From: Amoebophrya sp. A120
Taxonomy: Eukaryota > Protista > Dinoflagellata
Direction: 5' to 3'
NCBI GenBank assembly: GCA_905178155.1
Contig: CAJINV010000004.1
Coordinates: 7,096,358 to 7,160,357 of the forward strand
DNA length: 64,000 bases
The notes beneath the pieces are model-generated. The model did not search any database, had not been told where the DNA came from, and saw nothing but the letters and a program-made list of their open reading frames with translations. The position numbers were made by a program, and so were the translations under genes. How positions within the stretch are numbered: the first letter of the stretch is position 1; each line of letters begins with the position of its first letter. Of this stretch, positions 26,901 to 38,919 are shown one piece after another.

Positions 26901-28238
26901 TTCGTTTTGAACTGGCCCGGGGCGGTGGGGGCATCCGCGTCCTGGGACTGCTGTTCTGGCGCGACGGCTTCCTCCGCTGCGTCCTCTTGCTCTTCTTTCA
27001 GTTGCTGGTGATAGGGGAAGATTGATTTGCGATCAAGGTGGACGGAAGTTTTTGTTTTTCATCCAAGACAAAAAGGTTTGAACTTTTTGTTAGGAACAGA
27101 TGAAGTGGGCCTGCTGTTGTACTAGGTATCGAAAACGTATAACGAAATGCAAAACTAAAACTCTAACTCCAACATGCATATAACAGTACCTTAGCCAACT
27201 TGTGTGCCGCAGCGCAGATCGGCATACCGGTGCAGTGGAAGCCGAAGGGGAAGAGGACTTTTCTGCCCTCCAGAGCCCGAAACCGCGCGGAAAACTCGGC
27301 TTTGGTCAGGGAAAACGCGTGTCCCAAGTGCAGCCGCCCGTTCATGTAGGGATATGGGATATCAACTGCAAAAATATCTGGGTCTGGAAGAATGCAGCTT
27401 TGTCATGCTTGTCTGGCATGGCTCATAAATCTGTAATGCATGAGCAGGAAAGTGGCCTCTTGCCTGTCATCATCATCATCATTGAGACGAACCCCCTGTG
27501 GTCGTCCTCACGGTGTCGTCTTGGCCCTAGGCTGTTTCGGACAGGTGTTGGTTGTGTCCGGCAAGAGGACGGCTCTGCATGGACAAATGTTGGTAATGTC
27601 CAGCAAGAGCTCTTCCGTGGCCCCATTTTCTGCCGGTTTTTGGCTTTCTGCCTGTCATGCAAAGACGCAATTTGCCATGCGGAAAACGAAACACAGCAGT
27701 AGTTGAAAAATTTGTCATGCTTGGCTGCTTATTGCAGTCCGCCCACCAGTCACATTTTAGCATCACAAGTTTCCAGACCCAGACATTTTTGCATTTTATA
27801 TGGGAAGGTGACGAGCCATTTCCCCTTGTCCTTCGAACTTTTCACTTCGCCCTCTTTCGTCAAAGCGCCTTGCCTGGGGGCGTCGACCTGATAGATGTTG
27901 GATAATTCATTCGGCATCGGAGGTCGTGCACGTATTCATTCGGACATACGACAAAGAAGAAATTCTTCGGAAACTGAAACACTCCTTAAAACATGCAAAA
28001 GGATGCATCGACAGCAGTTCTTCCCCACAACTTCCGGGTTCGTTCTTCAAAGGCTGTTCGTACAAAAATAATTTACCTCGTACGCCACATCGTGCATCCA
28101 TGCGTCCTGCGCTCGTCGTTGCAGTTCTACCAGCCGGTCCCGTCGCGCGGATCCCTGCTTCTTCGTTTCCTCCACCGACACCGGTTCGACGGCGGCGTCA
28201 GACCCCGCAACCTGCATCGCTTTCGCGGACGCCGGCAT
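20983..28238 (-). CDS. LARS1: Cytosolic leucyl-tRNA synthetase; nine introners plus GT-AG introns
   Basis: [15 protein letters not shown] (HIGH motif), [63 protein letters not shown] and KMSKSEGNF. Confidence 0.97.
21246..21467. mobile_element. Introner family D (222 bp)
   Basis: TIR TATGAGAGTGCACAACTCCCCCTC; DR TTCTT. Confidence 0.92.
21831..22143. mobile_element. Introner family H (313 bp)
   Basis: TATTACAATGAAAAATGCCCCCA...TGGGGACATTTTTCATTGTAATA; DR TCCAG. Confidence 0.92.
22314..22598. mobile_element. Introner family E (285 bp)
   Basis: TATCCTGAGCAAAAACGTCCCC...GGGGACGTTTTTGCTGAGGATA; DR CGGAC/CGGAG. Confidence 0.9.
24191..24345. mobile_element. Introner family F (155 bp)
   Basis: Family F TIRs; DR CTCGT/TTCGT. 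Confidence 0.9.
25053..25305. mobile_element. Introner family A (253 bp)
   Basis: Family A TIRs; DR GCGAG. Confidence 0.92.
25438..25586. repeat. 29-bp exact direct repeat in a LeuRS intron
   Basis: ACATGCAAGCAGAAGCTGTTGTGCCGCAA at 25438-25466 and 25558-25586. Confidence 0.9.
25942..26210. mobile_element. Introner family A (269 bp)
   Basis: Family A TIRs; DR GACTT. Confidence 0.9.
26249..26401. mobile_element. Introner family F (153 bp)
   Basis: TATGCATTGCAAA...TTTGTAATGCATA; DR GCCGA; splits GVGPQEY. Confidence 0.88.
26472..26616. mobile_element. Introner family F (145 bp)
   Basis: Family F TIRs; DR TGGAT. Confidence 0.9.
27360..27800. mobile_element. Introner family A (441 bp, with nested insertion)
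   Basis: Family A TIRs; DR TGGGA; splits TFPYPY just before the HLGH motif. Confidence 0.92.
27471..27648 (-). mobile_element. Short retroposon-like insertion (possible 3' end of a non-LTR element) nested in an introner
   Basis: Flanked by a 10-bp duplication TGCCTGTCAT (27461-27470 and 27649-27658); (ATG)n tail at the minus-strand 3' end. Removal gives a 253-bp family A copy. Confidence 0.7.
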
Positions 28239-29119
28239 TTTGCGCTTGCGGGCGGTTGTTGATAATGTGTTTTGGTTTATTTCTCCTTCCGCGTCGGAGG
28301 CGACGGTGAAGGGTGCTGTTCGGGTTGAACTAGTCGAAGCAGCTGCGCAGCTCGTCTCCACCCGGATGCAGCGTCGGACCAATGGGTTTGATTGCTTTAT
28401 AAAAGGTGGAATTTTGACGTTACGAAAAATTTTGTGGAATATGAATGAGGTCGTATGCTTGAGGTGATGCGTCGTACTAGGAATAAAGCAGATAAAGAAC
28501 TACTTCTACGTCGTCGCTGTCGGATATATTTGACTGATATCGCAGTTTAATGGAGTAATTGAGCCTCGTCTGGTGCAGTAACAGTAACAAGGTCTATTCT
28601 GGTTCGACTGCTGTTCTAGTTCTTCACACCCTTATCCGCAATACACAGGTATTCTTGGAGCAAACTTTAATGTCGACAAAAAAGTGCGGGTGCGCGTCTG
28701 CGGAAAGATCTGTCAAAGGGAGCGGCTGAGCAACAACATCTTGGTTACGATTCCAGGAACTAAATACCAACAAAGATCTTCTGGCACACGCTCATCAGAT
28801 CTTCGTAACTAATGCCAATTTCATTTTCATTTTAAGCTTGCATTTTAGTTCTTTGGGCTGGTGACACGTCGAGAGATCTTGCCTGTGATCCACCGTTGCA
28901 CACGGATGTTTAAAAAGAAGAGATCGAAGATGATACTGCAGCGCCAGCGCTGACGAGGACCAACCACAAATTATATAGATCGGGGCTATCCTTATCCCAT
29001 GAGCTGCGCATGACCAAAACTCAGCGAGCTTCGAGCACGATTTTGGCAGCGGAAACACGAGGCAAGAAAGCTTTATAACATGGCCGCTGACTACACTATC
29101 AAGTGAAAAAAAAGCCCGA

Positions 29120-30770
29120 CGGTGCGCAGGCAGGGAGGCAGCAAACCCGCCGCGGCGTTTGCGAAATCTGCGCGGGCAGCTACGCGCGCCGCGCGGTTTC
29201 GGGGTTTTGGCTCGCCGGCCGGTAGCAGCAATAACAGCCTGCGGGCCCCCTGCTGGCCCCGCCCGCGCGGCGGGAAGGGCGAATTGAAAGAAACACACCA
29301 ACGCCGGCCGCGAACATACGCCGCCCCGCCTGAAAACGCGCCACCCAAGGGGGCGCTTTCAAACTTCGAGCAAGCGACTTGTCGCAGGCGTAGGCTCTCA
29401 CGTCGCAACGAGGCGCGTAGTGCTTCAACTTCGTCTCCACTTCGGTCGGGATAGGGTGCGCCTCTCTCAGCTCCATCTCTTTGCTGCAAAGCGCGCCGAG
29501 GCTAGGGATGCCGTGAGCGTCTTCCTCGCAGTACATGTTGGCTAACTGCTGAAAGAATGGAAGATCGGGCGCGTTCCCGTTTGTTGACAGCATGTCGTCC
29601 GGAAGCGTAGCTGATAGCTGGAGAGGCCGAGACCGACCAACAGATCACCCCACTTCCCGATTGCTGTTTTCGAGAACCCTTGACACAACCACCCAAGGGC
29701 GCGCGCGCCGAAGCGCCCACAGGAACCTTTTGCGCAGTTCGCTGGCCGCGAGCGCGACGGGCCGGGGAGGTGGGGCGGGGCCCTGGGGGGCAGGCCGCAA
29801 AGCCACCCACACGAGGAAGGGCGGCCAACCACGAAGGGGCCGGCACACGGACGGGGGGGACTGGGGTCGGCGTGGCCCGCTGCCCACTTGCTTGCTGGCG
29901 CTCGACGTCCGCGGGCGCCAAGACCTGCGCCAGGCCCCCACCAGCTCGCCACTGCCGGCCGGCCCCATTGTCCGCGTCGTCTCTTTCTTCTGGGTTGCCA
30001 CAGCCCCCCAGGGCGCCGGCAGCCAAAGCCCAAAACACCGGCGCGGGGCCTGCCACCAGGCACACGAAGCCGCGCGCAGCAAGCACTCACGGGGCGGGCC
30101 CGCCGAATGGAGGCGCCGGAAACTACTGGCGCGCGCCGCCAATAGTCTTGCGGGCGCGGCCCCACAAGAGGACGGGCGGCGGCAACCCAAGGGCGGCCCC
30201 AGGGGGCGGGCGATTCTTGCCGGAAAAATGCGGGCCAATGGGGCCACCCGGGGCTATGCCTTCCAGCGCTCCCACTTGCCATCTTTCGCCCTCTATCACC
30301 TTAGCCCCGTGGCCTTCGGCCCATTCCTGCCACTCTTCGTTCGTGTGCTTATGATCGCACGCCTGCGCCCGAGCACGGAGGCCCCGCCCCCCGCTCCTCT
30401 CTGATGGCCTTGCTGCAGAACGTGCGGCGGCACACGATGGGGCTTCCGGCCGTTGGTGGGTTGCGTAGGCGCGGCAAGGTCATCCATTTGCAGGAGGGCG
30501 AGCCACATCGCAACCATCAACCGCATGAACGAACCCGGGCCCACCCGTTGCAGAACCGTGGCAGCGCCGGGCCGCGCGCCGTAAGAGCGACGGACCGGAG
30601 GGGGCGCGGAACACTTTCCGCAGCAAACAAAAGACCAGCGCGGGCGGCAGACGCCGCAGGGGCGAAAACGCTGACAAGCTCCGCCGCTATGAAGAAAACG
30701 ACATCGGGAAGGCTTATGTATCAAAACACTGCCGAGTCGTCGCGCCGCGAATGCCGAGTCCACAGCGCTT
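29120..30770. other. GC/CpG-rich intergenic island, probable decayed repeat
   Basis: Abrupt rise in GC relative to the flanks; overlapping spurious ORFs in all frames. Confidence 0.55.
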
Positions 30771-31549
30771 GTGTCACTTACTTTCCTAAATGAAGAGGCT
30801 ACTTAGAACACAACGGCTTTATCGGTGAATAGACGCTCGGAGCCGGAAAAATGCTCCATCGATCCTGTCCTTCAATTTGGCTCCCTCGGCCAATCATTCT
30901 TTCATCTTCCAGGGAAATTCGTATCGAGGTTCCTCTTCCTTAGCCGTGCATTGCTGAGTTCCTGTGAAGTGAACTGTGCGACGACCCGAACATCGCCACA
31001 GATCTACTACCTTTGGCTCCAGTTCACATGCTGTGTCTGCTGTACTACCAAAAAAAAAAATCATGAAGGAGGCCGTTGCACGCTAGTTGCATTGTAACTA
31101 GCGATCAAACGACGATCTCGCTGCTTGAATTTAAACTGTGTTTGTGACGTCTATACGGTCGTGTGATAATTATACGATGATAGTGATACGAATGAATAAA
31201 ATACGCACCGTTATTCTTTCGTCCGGTGTGGTCGTGTGATGATATTCATATTATTCAACAAAGTTTCATTGTCCTTGTTCTCAAACCTCCTTCCGCTTGT
31301 TCTCCAATCTGTTTGCCTTTGAATCAGATTGCTGCTCCTGTCGACGTGATCGCTTGTGGCCTCCGGGTTCCGTAGTTGAGGGGATGTTGATGAAAAATGA
31401 TCTTTCATGAAAAAAAGGGGAACATCAAATTACTTGATTGCACAAAGAGTGCGTCGTTTCCTTAAAACTCAAAGGTAGCGGGCGTCTGGTGCACTTGGAG
31501 AACTTGCAGCTCTTCTTCGCGAACAACATGATCGTGATCGTGTCGTGAT

Positions 31550-33601
31550 TTATGCCGCAATAGAGTCGCTCTGGTCGGTACCGCTCTCCTTCAGCCACTT
31601 CGCGAAGTCCAACGCGACCGCGGTGGCCATACCTATTGAAAAAGAGACGTTGTTCTTTTGCATCACAAATGCCAACACGCTTGCCTGTCATGCATCGCAA
31701 GTTTCCTACTTCATGCAGCACGAGGGCAACTTTAAGTACACACTGCAAGAGCAGAATCTCTCATGCGTACCAAGACTACAAAGTATCACGCAAAAATAAG
31801 TAAACACGGTTCCAATACCACTGGTGCACCCTAAGCTCTTGTCGAATTCGGCGGTGATAATGCAGGCCTTGCCCTTGAAGTCCGCATCGGTAGACATGAC
31901 GATGTGTCCCTTCTCTCCCTTCTGCGCGGCGACCATGATATGAAAGCCTCAGGTTGGAAATCCTCAAAGTGAGAAGAGTTTGTAATGCAAAAAAACACTC
32001 CGGCTGACGCGCCACTTGTAGGCGGCGCATGACAAATTTCCCGGGCGTTCAAAGCATGTCTGTCATGCTGGTCAACGTAAAGGGGCGCCCTTCTCTCGTG
32101 CTGATCAGCCTTCCAATTCTTAACCCATAGAAGGACAATAGTCGGCCTTCATTGCGTCCTCTGCAATAGTACAGTCTTTTTTGCGTCGCGTCTCATGCAT
32201 CACAAAGTTTTTCCACTTTGAGGATTTCCATTCTGAGGCTTTCATACATGAAAATGAAGTTGTACTCGTTGTTGGCCCCGGTTTCGACTTGCTTCCGTGC
32301 TATCGTGTGCCTGGTTTTTTGTCATGCAGGATGAAATGCAAATGCGCCTATGACCTGTTTCAGTTCATCGCAACTCAGGCTGCACTGCTCCTGAAACTTT
32401 TTATGCAAAACACCAATCAAAATGAGAATCTGTCATGCGGAACATGAAAGGAACCAAAAGAATTAGTACTTCTTTCCCGCGATCCAGACTCCGTTGGCCA
32501 GTGGTCCTTTTTTCAGATCGTGCAAGAAGGCGTCTACTATCGTTTGGAATTCGCAAATCCATACCTGATAGAGGATTTGTTTTTACGAGTCGACGTGTTG
32601 CAAAATTGCTGTGCGCCGCGTACTGGCTCACGATGGTGCATGAAAGAGACTACTTACAACACAAACAGTCTTCGTCAGAAGTGGCGAAAATTGCATGACA
32701 AAATCTTTCCTGACAAGCTCAAAACTATACCCCCTTCTCTGTCATGTCGTCCTGCATAATTTTCTGCTCCGCGTCCGCTGCGTAGACGTGCGCCCAAGCA
32801 TATCAAATGCAAAAGTGTCTGGGTCTGGAATGTTGCCGGGTTTGTCATGCGTATTTTGCTTGACCCAGGATGTCTGTAATGCACGGCCTAGCATCACAGA
32901 TTTTTAGGGGGCTTGCTGATGCCTTCTCCGCATGACAAATGCCCTCCCCGCGCAACACAAACTAGGCTGCTCCTCTTGCTGGTCATGCAATACAGATTTT
33001 TTTAGAGTCCAAAGTTAGCATCACGAGTTCCCAACTTCCAGACCCGGATGACATATTTGCATTTGATAAAGCAGCGTCTGTGTCAATTCCGGTGTCGCCG
33101 TCCGCTGGTCGGCACGACGCGCCCCACCATGTTGTGCCTGCTGGAACCTGATACAGAAATTTTCAACTCCTGGAAGGCTGGGTTTGCAATTGCATCAATC
33201 TTCCCAAGTACTTAATTGTTGCGGAAAAGGCAAGTTTCTCCTTCTGTTTAGCATTCAGAGGTGGACTGCAAAATTCAAGGATCGTTTAAGAAGTACCTGT
33301 TGCGCCATACCGAAGTGCTTGCCCCCAATTGCTGCGCTCAAGCAATAGTTCATCGAGTTATCTGAAATTTTTGGTGGTTTTTGATACAACTTAAAAACTT
33401 CACATTCGCATTGCGATTTCCATTTCGCTTTCACTCATTGTCATTTTTGCACCATATGTTGCATAAAGAAACTTGTTTTATCTTTATGTTTCCTCTATGC
33501 AGATGAAATAACAGCATGACAGATTTGATACTTGCGTAGGAGGCATTTTCTTCGCTGGGGTCGACCATATAGCTGCTTAGCAAAGTTGCCCACTCCGACA
33601 T
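31550..33601 (-). CDS. PFN: Profilin, alveolate/apicomplexan-like, multi-exon
   Basis: MSEWATLLSSYMVD...AWAHVYAADAEQKIMQDD...NGVWIAGKK...IITAEFDKSLGCTSGMATAVALDFAKWL resembles apicomplexan profilin (NGVWIGGQKY, ALAFAEYL). Confidence 0.85.
31634..31817. mobile_element. Degenerate introner now bounded by GT-AG
   Basis: TATTG...CAATA ends with a weak IR and a GCATCACAAA/GTCATGC core. Sense reads G|GTATTGG...CAATAG|GTATG. Confidence 0.6.
31939..32246. mobile_element. Introner family C-related (308 bp)
   Basis: TATGAAAGCCTCAG..TGGAAATCCTCAAAGTG TIR; DR CATGA. Confidence 0.92.
32801..33068. mobile_element. Introner family A (268 bp)
   Basis: Family A TIRs; DR AAGCA. Confidence 0.9.
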
Positions 33602-34513
33602 TTTCGCTTTTTCTTTTTTGTTGCTTGATTCAAAAGTGGCTACTAATACTAGAGACAGGGTCGGTCTCTTCAATTTATTTTGCTAGCGGCGTGCTAGACT
33701 ACTGTAAGTAGTCGCCTTATTTTCTTCTGTTATTTTCACGCTTGAGCTTGTTGTGGTGTGGTTCTTCTTCTTCTTACACTATTTTTTTACTATTGCGAAG
33801 TTTCAGAGTTGTTGCCAAGTACTTTATACCGATTGCTGTTTGATGAGTACAAGTTCAAGTCCTCGTGAACATGGAACAAAAAAATAAGGTAATTTACTAC
33901 GTATGTGTATGGCACGACAGACAAACTACTATGGTTTTGCTTTAAACAAAAATTTTACTGGTTCGTGCTTTTTCTTCACACCTGGTAGGACACAGAAAAT
34001 ACTAGTGCGTGGTATTTGAAAAAAACTTTGACTACCTTTTTACGTTAGAAGTGATAGTGCAGAAAAACTGATGTCCCAGCACTTTCTGATTGGTCTTTTT
34101 TTTATGGGTTTTGTTTGTCACTCGTCGTGCAATATCGTGTGTTGCAGGGAGGGGATTTCGATTTAGGTTGAATCTAGTACAACTACAACATGCTTGTGTT
34201 TCAGTGGAGGCTGATAAGAGATTCATCAAGTGATTATGATTCAGGACGGTGACCTAGTGAATGTAATACAGGTAACAGCCTGTTCGCACACTTCAGTAGT
34301 GCTGGTGGGGTCATCATCATCAAGATGCACGTTGAAAGCTGCTGCGGCTGCCTTCAAATTGGAACACACATGGAGCTCCTCATCAAATCGCTTCGTCTTG
34401 AGCACTCGCTTTCTGCATAGTCGCAAGTTTATTGTGTTTCTTTCTATTTCACAGTCCTGCTTAAAAATTTGCGTAGTCATGAATACAGGACAGCAGGAGC
34501 ATTTAACACTATT

Positions 34514-36740
34514 CTACAAAATTTCGCCCAGCGCAAATTTTAGCTGGCGTTCAAAGTATTTTCGTACTATCCAGGGCTTGTCTGCCAGCCGATCTGAATT
34601 TAATTTTCCTGAGCAAGAACTACTACCTTTTTCGTGTCGTGAAAGAGGCACTCCGGTCTTATTCATCTTCATGCTGCTCAGAGTACTAGAAGTTGTATTT
34701 GTACTGCAAGTAGAAGCATTGCCCGCAGTGTAGTTTCTTTCTTCTTCTCGGAGCCTCTCCAGCTCCGCCACCATCCCTGCGACATGAAAATCCCCAACCA
34801 CTGCGACGCACTTGCCCTCTATGAAGTTCTCAAACGTTACATTTTCAAGTGTTACATGAATTTGTCATGCAGAAGCGCCATAAACATCTACATGATCAAG
34901 CTGCTTCGCATGACAAATTTGCGAAGGGCTAAACAAGAACAGCGCCTGAATCTCTGCGGAATTTGTAATGCTACAGATGCAGCCTCCCCCTTTTGACTTT
35001 TGCCATTCTTGCATTACAAATTTCATGTAACAGTTGAGAATGTAACGTTCGAGAACGCCATACCCTCGTTGCCCGCGTTGTACCTCCTGTTCCAAAACAA
35101 CTGTTTTGCCATGTAGCCGTCCCGCCCATCCAACACAACTTTTTGCAAGCTGCGCTCCAGCTCCTCGGAGCAACACCGCACTTTTCGAAACACATGCTCC
35201 ACGTCCACCCAGCTCTGGCATTCGTGCAGCGCAATCGGCATAGACGCCAGGAAACCCCGCCAGACATTTGGGACTTTCGCGATGCGAGCTAGCTCCGACC
35301 AGGTGAGATGAGGTGGATCCTCGGTTCTTGTTGATGTTGGTGAGTTCTCACTCTGAGCGGCCTGAAAAGATTTTTGCTGGTCTTCCTTTACGCAATCGGT
35401 TGTTGATGCAGCAGGGTCTGGTGGCACTTTTACCGCATGTGCTGGCACAACTTCTGCTTTCTCTACGTTTGGACCACTTCTTCCCGCTGACCGTTGCACT
35501 ACATCGAGATCCAGCTTCCTCCTGTTCTCCCAGTACTCCTCAAACGCTAACTGCATGCGCCACACCGTCCAGGGCCAGGTCAGCGGCTGCCAGAAAAATT
35601 GCTTTTCCAGTTCTGCATACGGCACGTCATTTGCCAGTGCCTCCAAGGTCTGCGAAAACTTCCGATCCAGCAGCAACACCGGCTTCCGTAACTGAATATG
35701 AAATGCAAATATGTCTGGGTCTGGAAACTTGTAATGCTGCGTTGGAAGTGGTGAGTGCTCTGTAATGCACACCCAAGCATGAGAAATATCTGCGCTTCTT
35801 TGTGTTGCGTTTTGCGCATGACAAACTGCGTTTTTGCATGACAGGCAAAAGGGTCTCTTCTTGGACATGCATCACAAACTTTTTGGTCATGCCAGACAAG
35901 CATGACAAATCTCGCGATCTTCCAGACCCAGATACTTTTGCATTTGATACTGAAACCTGGAAAACCACGCAGCCGTCGCCATGTCCCGCCCATGCTGCAG
36001 CGTTTCGATATCAAGTGCAAAAGTGTCTGGGTCTGGAAGGATGCGAACTCGTGATGCATACTTGGATCACACAAAAATCTGTCATGCTTACACAGCAAAG
36101 GGAGCCCCTTTTCCTGTCGCCGAAAGAAGGCGTTTGCCATGCGGATTAAGCATTGGGAAACCGTCTCAAAACCTGTGACGCTAGGCCTTGCATGGCACGC
36201 CTTCCGTGTCATGCAGACACAGCATCACAAACCTCAGCAATCTTCCAGACCCAGACACTTTTGCAATGCATATTCGATCCTTTGGAAGAGTTTCTGCTCG
36301 TACCGGTGCGAGAGCTGCTCCCCACGCACCGATTGAAACCCGTTCCGCGCCTGGCCGAGAAAAAGCTGGCCAAGTCGGTCCTCACACATTTCGACGGCAA
36401 TTTCGGAGATGGGTTCCAGTTCCTTGAACTTCTCCAACAGGTCCTCGTGTGTCGTTTCGGTGTGGCTGGTGCCCAGGAGGATGATGTTGGTGTCCGGAAC
36501 CTCGGTGACCGTCATTTCGTGGCGAGGACGCGTCGTGACAATGGTTCTTCTCGTCTTATTGGAGAGAAACGAAAGCTTCATTTGGCAGAACAAATGATGT
36601 TGACGAGTCGATGAAGACGAAGATGATGCAGCTGCGGACCACGCAGATGACGATGTTGCCAAAGGTCGGCTCGAAGTACGAACGACGTGTCTGCACGGCC
36701 CCAAGCTTGGGCGAGCATGATAGGGCCAGGAGGGCATCAT
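34514..36740 (-). CDS. TraB/PrgY/GumN-domain protein; three introners
   Basis: IILLGTSH...IAVEMCEDR, PVLLLDR, LDGRDGYMAKQL and VAVVGDFHVAGM match TraB-family motifs. Confidence 0.7.
34820..35062. mobile_element. Introner family G (243 bp)
   Basis: TATGAAGTTCTCAAACGTTACATTTTCAAGTGTTACATGAA...TTCATGTAACAGTTGAGAATGTAACGTTCGAGAACGCCATA; DR CCCTC. Confidence 0.88.
35697..35949. mobile_element. Introner family A (253 bp)
   Basis: Family A TIRs; DR CTGAA. Confidence 0.92.
36009..36272. mobile_element. Introner family A (264 bp)
   Basis: Family A TIRs; DR TTCGA. Confidence 0.92.
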
Positions 36741-37375
36741 ATGTGTCTGATGCTTGTACTAGATGTAGCAGTAGCTGCCTCTAGCTCTATAGACAATTCG
36801 CAGCCTCCGTTCAGGGGTACTAGCTCGAGGCAGAGATTATTTACCACCTCCTTTTTTTACGTGACGTAAATTCTACTTATCGGCGCCCACCATTGATTCA
36901 CGTTCGCGGCGGCGATCGACAAAGACTTTACAATTGAAACGAACACAATTGGACAAATGTGCTCGCTTTTTGTTGTTCATCAGCGGATTACAATTATTAC
37001 AATTGCAATTTATTCGCGAGGGAATCTCGCGAGACTACAACCCTATTTGTTCAACAGAGGAGTCAAAGTCTGAGACTTCTACACCGGAACAACAGAGGAG
37101 GTCAATTCCAAATTAAAAAACTCGTGAAATTTATGAAAATGACTCTGAAAAAACATGAAGATTTTTTGTGCTAGTACACAACGACATACAAGGCAACAAC
37201 AACATAGATTTACTTTGACTTACGCAGAAAGAATCAACTGAGATGCTGGTGCGATGAAAGCCAGTCCCATCTTCACCCCCGGCACAGTGAAGAGCAGCGG
37301 CAAAGAAAAAGACCAGCGCCTGGCAAGAGCCAGATGGACAGTAGTTCCTCCGAAATTCGCCCGCGCCCCCGCACT

Positions 37376-38919
37376 TCAGTTGCTCTCGGAAAATACTCCG
37401 CAGACCTGATTCGCCGGCACCGCTTGGTCGATCTTTTTCGGGTACGGCAAGTTCAGATTGTCCATGATATCGACGAACTGTGCCTCCGTTTTTTCCAGAC
37501 CCAAGCGAGGATTGAACTTCTTCTCCTCCCACACGGTCGTGCTTGTCCGCCCTTGGTAGTCGTGCGCGGGGTACAGTACGCAGCTATCTGGGAGCCGGTA
37601 TTGCAGTGAAAAATGCCTCCACCCCGAGAGATGCAGTAGTTTGCGAAGTTTCCAAATGGAAACTTTTTGTCATGCATGAAAGGACTACTAGTCTTTCTAA
37701 TGCAGAGTCTAGTCGTATACAGCATTGCTTGCATGACCAGCGCCGCTCTTCCTGGGATCTACTTTTGCATGGTTTCTACTCACGATTCATTGGAAATGAC
37801 CTGTGATGCTGATAAAGGCAAGAGGGCGCATGTTTTCGCTTGAAGAAAGGTTTGCAACACAAATCAATGCTCCCAACAAGTTCTGGGATGGGGACGTTTC
37901 TCCTTAGAATAGCCGGCCGAAAATCTTTTCCCGCACTGACCGGAACAGAGTCTTTGCAGAGCCGCTCTGAAAGTCCGTCCGCCCGCAGCCGCGGATTAGC
38001 AGTGTGTCACCTGTAGAGGATCTAGTTTCGAAATGGAGAGGTTGATTTTCTGAAGCAACAATACCGAGTCAAAAGCGAACACCATCTAAAGCTACATCTT
38101 CAATCCTTAAAATCCGCATTGCAGATTCCCTACGCCGAGTCTAGTTTTTCCCAGTTTCTAATGCTATTTTCATATTCCTAACAAGCCCCATTGTGCCCGT
38201 AGCCTTGGCTCAGCTCCTTGAAAGTAGTAAAAAGGCAATTTGTCATGCTAATTCAACGTAAATCAGATCTAATTTCTTTGCTTTTCCTTATTCGGCTTTT
38301 CCCTTTCCTTTTCCTTTCGATCGTAGCAAGAATTTTCTTGCGCTTCGCGGTATTCTGGTCCTTTTCTTGCTCGATCGCTTGTCCTTATCATCCTGTTCAT
38401 TTTCTGCATTTTGATCTATGAGAAATAGCGTTCAAAACTAGTTTTCAATTACACACCTGTGAACGCCATGGTCCCCTCGTTCAGCACATACGTTAGGCAT
38501 CCCCCGGTGTGGCCCGGCGTGTGCACCGCGGTGAGAGACAAAGCGCCTCCTTCGACTCCGGACGCCCCGCCGAGCTCCAGTTTGTCGCCGTCCTTGAGCA
38601 AAATGTCCGCTTTCGATTCCGCGTGTTCCCCAATCGCGGTCCGCACCACCCCGCCAAGCTTCTCCTTGATTTTACCCGTGCCGGTGACGTGGTCTGCATG
38701 GCAGTGCGTGTTTACCGCGTACTTGAGAACGAGTCCCAGCTCCTCCACGAGCTTCAAATCGCGCTCGACCGTCTCCAGAACGGGGTCGATCAGAACCGCC
38801 TCCCCATTCGCCGCTCCAAGCAGGTAGGTGTAGGTGCTGGACTCCTTCTCAAATAGTTGCCGGAATAAAACTTGGCCCAGAGCGGCATTTACCCTGGGCG
38901 CCGTTGTGGACAAGGACAT
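37376..38919 (-). CDS. ETHE1: Persulfide dioxygenase ETHE1 (metallo-beta-lactamase fold)
   Basis: [79 protein letters not shown] and VPANQVCG. Confidence 0.95.
37599..37911. mobile_element. Introner family H (313 bp)
   Basis: TATTGCAGTGAAAAATGCC...GGGGACGTTTCTCCTTAGAATA; DR GCCGG; same length as 21831-22143. Confidence 0.85.

Noticed and set aside
27355-27805. General NT...AN splicing model (remove element plus one base each side, leaving 3 extra nt)
   Set aside because: It would add a residue to invariant motifs (TFPPYPY, YLLPIDF). It remains possible only for G...G DRs such as 4685, 13265 and 34820.
28239-28382. N-terminal organellar targeting extension of LeuRS
   Set aside because: The frame is open upstream but has no in-frame ATG before a stop near 28500; the ORF-track start is TTG.
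29018-30960. Possible old TIRs around the 29-31 kb island (and around 63121-63780)
   Set aside because: Only short gapped inverted matches with no target duplication, indistinguishable from chance by eye.
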